Shown here piece by piece: positions 13,501 through 23,300 of a stretch of 64,000 nt of DNA. This DNA comes from Amoebophrya sp. A120. Its lineage: Eukaryota > Protista > Dinoflagellata. How positions within the stretch are numbered: position 1 is the first letter of the stretch; each line of letters starts with the position of its first letter. The notes beneath the pieces are model-generated. The model was not told the origin of the DNA, did not search any database, and saw only the letters and a program-made list of their open reading frames with translations. The position numbers and the translations under genes are program-made. The stretch spans positions 1,695,182 to 1,759,181 of the forward strand of contig CAJINV010000010.1 in assembly GCA_905178155.1 (NCBI GenBank), read 5' to 3'.

Positions 13501-16149
13501 AAGAAGGTACATCTGTCATGCAGTGTTGCAACTACACCAACTACGTCGAGCGCGATGCTTTTGCAATGTATAGTTGCTGTTATTCCGCATTTTCTCCTTG
13601 TAAATTTCCGCGGCACTCTTCGTCGTCCACGACACCCCGCCGGTATTCGGTGCCGCGACCGCCGGCCCGGTCGGCTTCGTCAAGTTGTACTTTGGCCCGC
13701 CCTGGGGCGGCAGTTGCTTCGTCAGATTTGCAATCACCGAGCTTGTCGCCTTCGCCAACGCGCCCCCGACGGCGTTCGCCTTCGCAAGCGGGACTAAGGG
13801 TTTCAGGGGGCGGAGAGTCGTCCTGGTCCCGGTAGCGGTGCCAGTTAATCCCGGGACCGGCGCCGGTTGGAACGGAGGCTCGTCGTGGTGGCTGGACTGG
13901 TCGTTATGCAATACAAATCTCCCGTACATGTACAAGATGCATCACAAATTTCTCGTCCAATTGGGACTGTAAAATTTGTCATGCTAGCGTAGGATCGGAG
14001 CTAAGTTTTGTCATGCAGAGAGCACATTTGTATGTGTACGGGAATAATTTTCTGTGAATAGTCTTGCTCCCCACCCGAGCGGGAGTAGTCGTCTTCGTCT
14101 TGCATGTATGCAAGAAAAAAACTATGTGAGTGTAAATTTGTGATGCAGAAAGTGCAAAAGTGCCACACTTGTCATGCTGGATGTGCATCAAAGGGTCTTT
14201 CCTTCGTGTTTTCAGGTACTAGATGCGCATGACAGGTTTTCTCTGTCATGTAGACCAAATTTGTGATGCTGTTCCTCAATGAAAGTTACACTTACACACT
14301 TTTTTTCCTGGATAGCATGTGTGAGTCGTTGTCCTGGTCGTCCTCGTCATCTTCGTCGCTCATATCCTCGTCGTCAGCTTTATGGAACTACACAAATTTG
14401 CCGTGCTCGCGCAGCTACAGGTACACAAGTACAGTAGAGAAATCCAAATTCGCAATGTTGAATAAGATACGAAAGAGATCATGCGTGTCAAAGTTACCAT
14501 GCAAAAATGGCTGGATATCCAGATGATACACGTGCACGGTATTAAATTTCCCGTCGATAATCTTCGTCCTCATCCTCTTCACCCTCCTCCCCGTCATCCA
14601 GCATGGCTTTCAAATCTTTATGCGCATCGTCCTCCACATCGCTGTCCCAGTCATCTTCACCTGACTCTTCTTCTTCTATTGCAAGGAAAAATACCCCCTC
14701 CCCATGTCGAGACGAAGTTTCTGATGCGGGATTTCCGTACACAGATGCGCGCCCTCTTGCAATAAGGAATCGCAGCTAGATCCTCAGCCTAGGTGAGGGC
14801 GTCTGGGTCTAGCTATTTAGCATTGCAGACGGCTGCCCCCTAGGCCCAACAGCATGCCGAATCGCTTCCATAATGGCCCGGAAGCCTCTGCATTTGTCTT
14901 CTTGCAAGACAGGCGTGATTTGTGGTCTCAAGAAATCAGCAACACAAATTTTCCGAGTCATGCCGTTTCGGTATGGGGAGGGGGGATTTTTCATTTTGAT
15001 ATCCTCCTCCTCTTCTTCGTCGTCGCTCGTCGCCTGCTATCCTGTGCAAAAGTATCGCACTCGTAGTAAAAATTGCATTTTTGCATGACAAATCTCTTTT
15101 TCAAGGTAAATCAGCATTACGGAATTCAATTTGTAATGCTGGGCTACTTTGTAATGCAATTTATACTACTAGTCCGATGCTTTTGCATTGCATACCTGCA
15201 GCCGCGCCGTGTTCTCGATGAAAATTCCGTTGTCCTTCAGTGATTCCAGGGCCTCTTCCACGTACTGCTTGCACTTCGTCAACAGAGCATAATTCCGAAA
15301 CTTCACAAACTTCGCCGCCACCGGAGCCCACTGCACCTTCTTCGGCCTTGCCGGACGGTTTGCTGCAGATCCTTGCTGGTTTCCATTTTTGTCATTATTA
15401 TTCCCACCTCGCTCCTTGCTCCCCCTGCGGTTTTTGTTGAACTTCCGGCCGCCCCTTTTCGTCTTCTTCTTGTTACCCATCTTCGGGCTGGCCCCACCAC
15501 CTCCGGTCTGATTGTTTCCTTCGCCGCCGGATTTCATCTTGCCCTTTTTCCGTTGTTGGTTCCGCTTATTCGCCTTCGTGCCGCCTTCGCCCTTGGCGAC
15601 GGCGTTTTTCATCTTGTTGCGCTTCACCATTTTTGTGTCTTCCTCTTCGTCAGCGTTGTTCTCGCTTGTGGCAGTGTCGGAGGACAAAGTAGTATCTTCT
15701 TTATCTTTCCTCCGCTGTTGCCTCCTCAAATACCGCTTCAAATTCCGCTTCTGCCGCCGGGTCAACAATTTCTTGCTGCCTGACCGGGCTTTTCTGCTTT
15801 TGTTTTTCTCGTCGTCCGGGAAATAAGAATTCAGGTACGAAGATATCGCGGCTAATTGGTGTTTCTTTTCGGAGTAGGTGGAAGCGATGTAATCGGTCAC
15901 TGCAGTTATTGTTCCATTTCCGGCGGGACCACTACAAACCGCAGACGCAAGCGCATTGGACTTTTGTTCTACAAAGTTGTGGAGAGTAGTGCAAAACTTG
16001 TCAAAGGTAAGGTTTTCAGGGAGGTAGAACAAAGAGGGCGTCGTCGTGCTGGTAGTGGTAGTGTCGTGTCGTGAGAAGTTGTTCTTTTCCGCAGGTGGAG
16101 TTGAGCTCTTCTTGGTGGACGTCGACTTAACACAGGAAGCGTAACTCAT
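4562..16149 (-). CDS. DEAH/RHA-box RNA helicase (DHX36/DHX57-like) with long low-complexity N- and C-terminal extensions; >=19 introners
   Basis: Motifs reassembled across introns: AETGSG|[23 protein letters not shown]|[46 protein letters not shown]|LG (HA2), SDH. The junction in ~7700-8210 and the start codon are unresolved. Confidence 0.85.
5886..6102. mobile_element. Introner, family C (TATNCAAGAAAAAAACTGTG)
   Basis: DR CCCGG/CCCGG; in-frame join. Confidence 0.9.
6873..7135. mobile_element. Introner, family D (…AAAATGTCTGGGTCTGGAA TIR)
   Basis: DR CGTGC/CGTGC; in-frame join. Confidence 0.9.
8492..8718. mobile_element. Introner, family E (TATGANAGTGCACAACTCCCCC)
   Basis: DR CCGCA/CCGCA; in-frame join. 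Confidence 0.9.
8786..9051. mobile_element. Introner, family D
   Basis: DR TGATT/TGATT; in-frame join. Confidence 0.9.
9191..9340. mobile_element. Introner, family A
   Basis: Diverged DR GGGAT/GGTGT; removal of element+5 nt restores LTPLG. Confidence 0.85.
10409..10617. mobile_element. Introner, family F (TATC..GAAAAAAGTGTT.CA.T.AC-like)
   Basis: DR ACTGC/ACTGC; in-frame join. Confidence 0.9.
10791..10946. mobile_element. Introner, family A
   Basis: DR AGTGA/AGTGA. Confidence 0.9.
11180..11432. mobile_element. Introner, family D
   Basis: DR TTTCC/TTTCT; in-frame YPIEE|KYL. Confidence 0.88.
11727..11889. mobile_element. Introner, family A
   Basis: DR GATCA/AATCA. Confidence 0.88.
12021..12165. 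mobile_element. Introner, family A
   Basis: DR CGCGT/CGCGT; just before DEVH. Confidence 0.9.
12225..12486. mobile_element. Introner, family D
   Basis: DR GACCG/GACCG; splits YCTV|GILL. Confidence 0.9.
12705..12958. mobile_element. Introner, family D
   Basis: DR GCCGG/GCCGG. Confidence 0.9.
13058..13208. mobile_element. Introner, family G (TATGCAATACAAATTTCCCGTAC...GGAAATTTACTGTGGATA)
   Basis: DR CCACT/CCACT; splits Walker A GSG|KT. Confidence 0.92.
13405..13572. mobile_element. Introner, family A (diverged)
   Basis: DR GTTGC/GTTGC. Confidence 0.88.
13905..14060. mobile_element. Introner, family G
   Basis: DR GTCGT/GTCTT. Confidence 0.85.
14107..14314. mobile_element. Introner, family C
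   Basis: DR GCATG/GCATG. Confidence 0.9.
14381..14559. mobile_element. Degenerate introner
   Basis: DR AGCTT/ATCTT; weak TIR; acidic tract rejoins in frame. Confidence 0.7.
14677..15001. mobile_element. Introner, family H (~323 bp, TAT..AAGGAAAAATCCCCCTCCCC)
   Basis: DR TCTTC/TCCTC; closely similar to 52447-52768. Confidence 0.88.
15038..15194. mobile_element. Introner, family A
   Basis: DR CCTGC/CCTGC; can splice as GT-AG. Confidence 0.9.
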
Positions 16150-17331
16150 ACAGTAGAAACTCTGATGAGTTAGAGACTAAAACTGGACTTCTAACAGAAG
16201 ATTTGGAGGAGAATGAAGGTTTGCCTAAGTGATAAAAAGACCTACGCGGAAGGACAAAAAGCATCTTCTAAGACTTGTTCTACTCGGTTTTTTTTTGAGG
16301 AAAACAAAGATTTTCACTGATAAAGGCAATAGTCGCTGAATATTTTTTTGTGATTTTGACATGACAAGAAGTTTTTGACAAGAGAGGAATACGAGTAGGA
16401 GGTCGGGGAAAGCAAAAATCATCATCTAATTGCAGGAGCGCGTGCGTAGTTTGGCGTTCGGTCACGATGGATCTTCGGTGCATGCTCCAAAGCTGTGCTT
16501 TTAAAAACAACGATACAGATACAGAAATCATGAAGCTCCGGGCCGTGATCCTCTTTCCTTTGGCGCAAGAAGGTCGTTGCAATGCTGTATGTGGATCAAA
16601 AAACGATCAAAAGTGGAGAAACTTTAGTAGCACAAAAAGGCATATATCGATATTGCTATTGATATTCGATGAACATCAAGCGATCGCTCGGTCTTCGTTC
16701 AAACTGTCTAAACACCACACCATCATTGTGTATTGGTCTTCTGATTTAGCTCTTGCTCCACTTCCTCGATGTTTAAATCTTCATCGGCAGCAGCAAAAAA
16801 GGATGAAAGTCAGGATCATAGCGGTTGTACATTATTGCTACGTTTATTCGTGTCACTCGATATTACAGGTTGTACGTAAAAGTTCTGTCAGCTGTGAAGA
16901 TCGCGGTATAGCTGCGCTTGGGTCAAAAGTTGCATCAATTTTCAGCAAAATATCCATATCGGATGTGTGATGTAATTTTCAAGAACAATAAAATGAGTTT
17001 GAAGCTAGTTGTTTTCAATCTGAATTTCATTTGTACACTGTTGGTTCTTCGTAGTTTGCAGTTGCGACCACGACGAGGTGGTGGCTCGCTGTGCTTTGAA
17101 TTTGAAAGCTCATTACTTATCATACAGGGGGAATAGTAACATCATATTAAGCAGCCCATGTGATGTGATTCTTGTACTTACATTTACGCTACTTTTTCTT
17201 GAAGATCCACCAGAAAATATTTTCGAAAAGCACACACAGCTGCTGCGATAGTACTTCAATAGGAAGATGAACTGGAGACCGAGGAGAAAAAGTTCAGAAC
17301 TTTTTCCGTTAGTCTCAGCAACTTCTCAAAT

Positions 17332-20300
17332 TCACTTCTTCCTTCTCCCGCTCGGTGTAGCGTGCCCCATGAAGGAACTGGACCACGTTCGCCAGATTTT
17401 CTGTTCCTGGTCCACCTCTAATGGTTCTACCAAACTCTCGTCGGTATTCCCGGTTCGCTGCTTCCGGGCCATGGAAAATCACAGGAAAAAGTGTTAACGT
17501 TAACAGAATTTGTGATGCAGTAACGCATCACAAAACGTGCCCAAAGTTGTCATGCATAGCATGCGTATTGGGCTACATTTGTGATGCATGACTGCAATGT
17601 GTGAACATCAAAACCGTTAACGTATAACACTTTTCCTTGTGATATGGAAGTGGGGAGATTCACGATCACCTGCATGTTTTCCGGCGCAGCAGCAGATTGA
17701 TTCGTACGTGGTGATGATGACTGCTGGTAATTGTTTGCAGCCCTGCCCCTCGGAACCTCCACCCTGCACTCCGGATCTGCAAGGAAGGAATCCTCCGGCA
17801 GCAAGCTCGCTGTCAAAGTGTCCTGGTTATCCAATTCTAGTGACTGCGAGACGGTCCGGACCTGCTGCTCGGAAATGACATTCGCGTTGTGCTCGAGCAG
17901 ATGGAGTGAGTTCGGAGCTGCGGCGGAGCCAGAATTTGATGTACCTCGGCCCGGGTGGTGCACGGCCAGCGCACTTGTTCCTGTTCCTCCGCCGGCCCCA
18001 GCCGCGCGGTCGTCCATTATGATCGTTGAGGAAGAAAGCGAATGGTGATTGTTCCCCGCGGTCGCCGGCCTGGCACCAGCACTCGGCGCTTTGCTCTTCG
18101 GAATGGAGTGGCCGATACCGGTGGTCTTCTTCTGGAACTGGTCCGGTCGGGACATCTGTGGGTGCTGATGGCCGGCTCCACCTGAAACTGTAGTTCCAGA
18201 GCTACCAGTCGCGGCCCCACCTCCACCAGCCGTGTTCGGCCTAATTTGCTGCACTAAAGTTTCATCCCGGCCGTGCTTCCTCTCTCGGACCGGTTGCTTC
18301 TGGTAGTCGAAATTTAATAACCCTAAGCTGGACTTACTGTACATATCGTGCGTCCGCCACCTGGGCCCGCTGTTTGGCCGGCTACTCGTTGCGGAGTTTG
18401 AAGCGACTGCGAGGAGTTTTGGCTGTTGGCTCAATGGGTTCCGCATGCTGGACAAGTACTCTCGCCTGGCATTGTCCGAATCAGCAGGATAGGCTATTGC
18501 GGTTTTACTGTCCAGATCCACTTGCAGGCGAATCGCGTTGTTGTAGTTCTCAGCATCGTTGTTATTCTCTTCCCCCTCGTAGTACGTCGTATCCCCATCT
18601 CCATCTCCTGGCGACGGCGACCTCGACCTGTCTGGCGAACGACTTGGGGACCTTGATCTCCGCGGAACTGGCGATGCTAACCGGATATGAACCGCAAAAG
18701 TATCGCACGTGTAGTAATTGCAGCCATGCATTACAAACTTCTCTCTTAAGGCAAATCCGCATTACAAATTCCATGTGTCATGCTGACCAAATTTGTGATG
18801 CGATTTCTTCTACGAGTACGATACTATTGCAATTCATAGCGGATGATTTGCTTTACTTCATCCTGTTTCTTGTCGTATTTCTGTTTCGGCTTGTTCGCCC
18901 AGTAGACTTCAGCGTGGTGTAAGACGATCGGTTTTGGGAATTGGGTGAAATCAAAGTCCTGACCATTGTTTTCCTCCGCAACGGGCTGGATTTCTGTCAG
19001 AGTCGTTGCAGTCAAGGAAAGTTGGATGCTGCTGTTATCCCGTGGCTGCTGCTGAACGCCCGATCCCGCAGCGGTTTTGTTACTGGCACTCCCAGGCTTC
19101 GGCACGGTTACGACTGCGTTCTTGCTCTGCTGCGGTCCTGGTCCACGATTGACCACTACGGTTCTGCTAGGGACCTGTTTCCTCCCACTACCACTAGCCG
19201 ATTGCTTGATCGTCGCTCCGGGCGTGCTGCTTGTCGGTCCGGCGCCGCCTGGTGGCGGCGGGCTGCGTCTTCGTGGCGAGCGAGATGAATTGTCATCAAA
19301 TAAAGCACCATCTTGCAATGCGAAAAAGTTGTTCGCTGCAGTATCATAGTCATCAACTGCCGGACTAGGGTAGACGAGAACGGGAGAATTTGGCCTTGAT
19401 TTTTTGATTTCGACAATCTTGTCAATCACGTCTCGTGACAACACGACAGGGAGAGACCCGGTTCCCGCGTTCCTCAGCCGGGTGTGGTACTTCGCGGCGG
19501 CGCGCTTGGCCGAGAGAAGCTGTTATAGCAGTGATTGCATTATTCGTGATGATTTGCTGATGAAGGAAGCTTGTCATGTTGGAAGGCAAGCTTCTTGCAC
19601 TTGCTGAGGCCACGCGCAACATGCTAAAACGCGCAACAAAACTCTGCAATGCAATCAAATACAAAAGACACATACTCGCTCCTTCCTCGTTTTTCCCGCC
19701 GTTATCATGCGTCGCACCTCGTCCCCAAACCCGCTGTCATACACCGCAGCGAGTCGCGAATTCGCCTCCGCTTGCCCTAACTCGATCAACCTTCTGACAG
19801 TGCAGAACTCCCCCTCCCCTTCATTTGTGTTGCATGAACAGCAACACAAGCGCTGGAAAAGGTGCAGCTTTTGCATGAGAAATTCCTAGGAGATCGTAGT
19901 GCTGTTTTGGATTCCGGAGTCTGTCATGCAAACAGTGCTAACAGGCAAAGGATGGACTTGGAATTTCGCATGACAAACGAGGGGGAGGGGGAGTTGTGCA
20001 CTTTCATAAATCTTCGCCTCCTGTCAAACCGTTCCTCCACATCGTTCCACAGTCTCTCAAACACCGGCCCGAGATCCGGTATCGTCACGTTGGCATTCAA
20101 CGGTTTCTTTTTCGCCTTCTCAATCGAGTCCACCAGCGCCTTCGTCTCCTGCCTCGCCAGCTTCAAATCTTGCTCCATCTCCTGCATTTTGTCGTTCATA
20201 GTTTCCACTAACTCCTTCTGCTCCTGCACCTGCTCGTGGAGCGTGTTTACAATACCTTCGTACCGCTCTTCCATTTCCTCCTCAACCTCCTTCTTAACCG

Positions 20301-23300
20301 CGGTAACGACGATCTTCTCCTTCATCTCGCGGTTTTTACTCATGGTGGTTTTCGTCTTAGACAGCAGCTCTTCCTTCTGCTGCAGCTTTAGTGCTTCCCT
20401 TTCCAGCTCGATCTGCGACTTCCGTCGCTCCTCCGCGACGATTTTCGGCGCTTCTTCCTCAGATTGCGGCTTTTGCTCCTCTTTTGCTGGTTCCGCTGGT
20501 TTTTCCTCCTCTTTCGTCTCCTCCTCCGGTGGTCCTTCCGCGGATTTCTCCTCCTCCTCAATCCCCAACTCCGCCCTCGCTGCTTTTCCTTCCTTATGAC
20601 AGTGCACAACTCCCCCTCCCCCTCATTTGTCATGCAAAATTCCAAATCGAAATCCACCCTTTGTCTGTTAGTACTGTTTGCATGACAGATTCCGGAATCC
20701 AAAACAGCACTGAAATCCACTAGGACTTTGTCATGCAAAAGCTGCAACTTTGCCAGCGCTTGCGTTGCTGTTCATGCAACACAAATGAGGGGCAGGGGGA
20801 GGGGGAGTTGTACATATTCATATTCCTCTTCCAAAAATCTCATCAGTTCCTCCAACGCGAGCGCTTCCGCCGAGTCCTTTTCCGGCGGCGCCGATTTCAA
20901 AGCATCTAATTCCTCCTGGACCGCATCCAGCATCCCCTTCGTCTCAGTGTAATTCCGCTCCGCCTCCGCTACCGCGGATTGCGCCATCTTCACCTTCAAG
21001 TCCATGTTCGCAACCTTCGCTTTTAACGTCGCGATTTGGAAATCTTTGTCCGCGGACGAGGCCGAGGCCTCGGTTGACTTTTCTTTCAGCTTGTTGTGCT
21101 CCGCTTTTTCGCTCTCGAACTTCTCCGTCATTTCTTCTAGTTTTTTCGTCAACTCTTCAATCGTTAGGTTTGCTCGGGCGAGGTCGGTCACGTTCTGCTC
21201 CAAGGCGGACTTCGTTTCTTCCAACTCATGCTCCAGGTCGGCGGACTGAGTGGAGGTTTATAGTGCATAATATGCATGACAAAATCCAACTCTGATGCAG
21301 TTGCAGCAAGCAAGAGCATCAACATCACAAACTCGTTATAGATACGGTTGAAAAATCAACATACGAAGAGTTTAAGAAAGATTAAGAAAATACCTTTTTT
21401 TGTTCCTTCAGCAGCATCCCCGTGAAATTCTGCGTCAACTTGTTCGTGAGTTCCTGCTATCAAATGTAAAAATGTCTGGGTCTCGAAGAGGAGAAGTTTG
21501 TCATGCACATTTTCCATGATCCATGATGTTTCTGATGTATGCCACAGCATCACAGATTTTTTGAGCGTCTATCGATGCGCATCCGGCATGACAAATGCGC
21601 TTTCCACGTAGCCAAATTTGACTCCTCTTGCTGCTCATGCAATACAGATTTTTGTAGCATCCAAATGCAGCATCACAAGTTTTGCTCTTCTAGACCCAGA
21701 CATATTTGCAATCCATACCTGCTCTGCCTCCGCCACCGCCTCCGCAATCTTGATCGCCGCGTCACTGTCGGCCTCGGATTGGAGTCTTTTCAATTCTGTA
21801 TCCACTTCGTCAAACTTGATCGACAGTTCCGCGTTGGAATCTTCCAATTCGTTATTCCGGTTCTGCAAATCCCCGACGTTCGCCTCGAGAGCCGCGTTTA
21901 GTTCCTGTAAGGAGGAGACTTGCTCTTCCAAACTCGCGATTCTCGCGATCATCCGGGCCACTTCCGGATCGGGTAACGTCTGCACTGCGCGGTCCAGCCG
22001 TCCCAATTCCGACAACTTCTTGTCTGGTGGGTCCGTTTGGATCTCCCGTTCTACCGTTCCCGTTTTTAAAGAGAGAATCCGAAACACCGCTTGGTCGATC
22101 AAGTACCGCATTGCTTCCTGTTTCTCCTTACTAAAAACCGTCATCGGCTCGAAAAACCACGGGTAGGTTTCTTGCAGGGTCGAACTCGCGGGGACGTTGT
22201 CTTTTCCGGGCGGAATCAGGTCGATGCAGTCGCCCTGTTTGTCCCCCTGAAACCAGGGTTTTTTCCCCTGCTGTTTCGCCCGGTACACGTCTAATTCCTT
22301 CAAACACTCCACCATCTTCTTCTCGTACGTCTCTTGAAGGTTTTCAAACCGTTGCTGCACCAAAGCTATCCTGTGCAAAAGTATCGCACTCGTATTGCAG
22401 TCATGCATTTACAAATCCTTTTGTTAAGGTAAATCCGCATTACAAATTTTATTTGTCATGCTAAGGAATTTTGTAATGCATTTATACGAGTACGATACTT
22501 TTGCAGTTCATAAAAGCAGTGTCGACCCCGCCAAATTTTTCCCAAGTCCGGGTGATGGCCATCTCGGTCAGCTTTTCGATGGACTCTTTCAAGTCCATGG
22601 AAGGGACGTACTCCGCGGTGTATTTGTGCCGCGTGCAGAGCTCGAACACTTTGTTGATGTGCTTCTGCAGGTACTGGGCCGTAATTTCACTCACCGTTCG
22701 TTCCAACCCCCTGGCGGCGAGCTTCCGTTTTTCCTTCAACGTTGGCTCCGGAATCGGGTCGCGGATTAAGTGCAGGTCATTTCGGGAAAGGATCGGGCCG
22801 GAAGCCGGGCGGCGGTGGAGACGGGCTTTGTCGCGGGGCCTGAAGTTGTTGTGTGATTGGGGTTTGTTGTTGTGCGTAATGTCATCTTTGTGTTCTTGCG
22901 CTTGCCGTAGTACGATTGCGCACTTGAAGAAATGCCACTACAACAGCGAGATCGCAGCAAAGTACTATCATGCTGCCAGCCTTGCGTTCATCTACTGCAT
23001 GACAAAAAATAAATGCACAAAAAATAAATGCACGAAAGATAAACACTGCTATAAATATTATGTACTTTTTCACAAACTGGAGTCCTTCCGCACACACCTG
23101 GCAGCGTTCCTGGCTCGAAAACTTCGTCCTCGACGACCGTAGTATCCGGTTGCAAGTTGCGCACTGCTGTCTCACGTAGAACCCCCCCTTCCCCCGGTGG
23201 TCCTGCAACTCTTCCACAATGTCGCAAATTTCGTCCGAAAATTTCGTCGCGCCCTGCATCCTCCACTGGTCCGGTTCCCGGCGGCCGCGGTAGAGGTCCG

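Noticed and set aside
22458-22769. Recurrent short ORFs with CKSIVLV / QKYRTR / QKCLGLE / LPDPDIF as a peptide family
   Set aside because: These are translations of introner TIRs, not genes.
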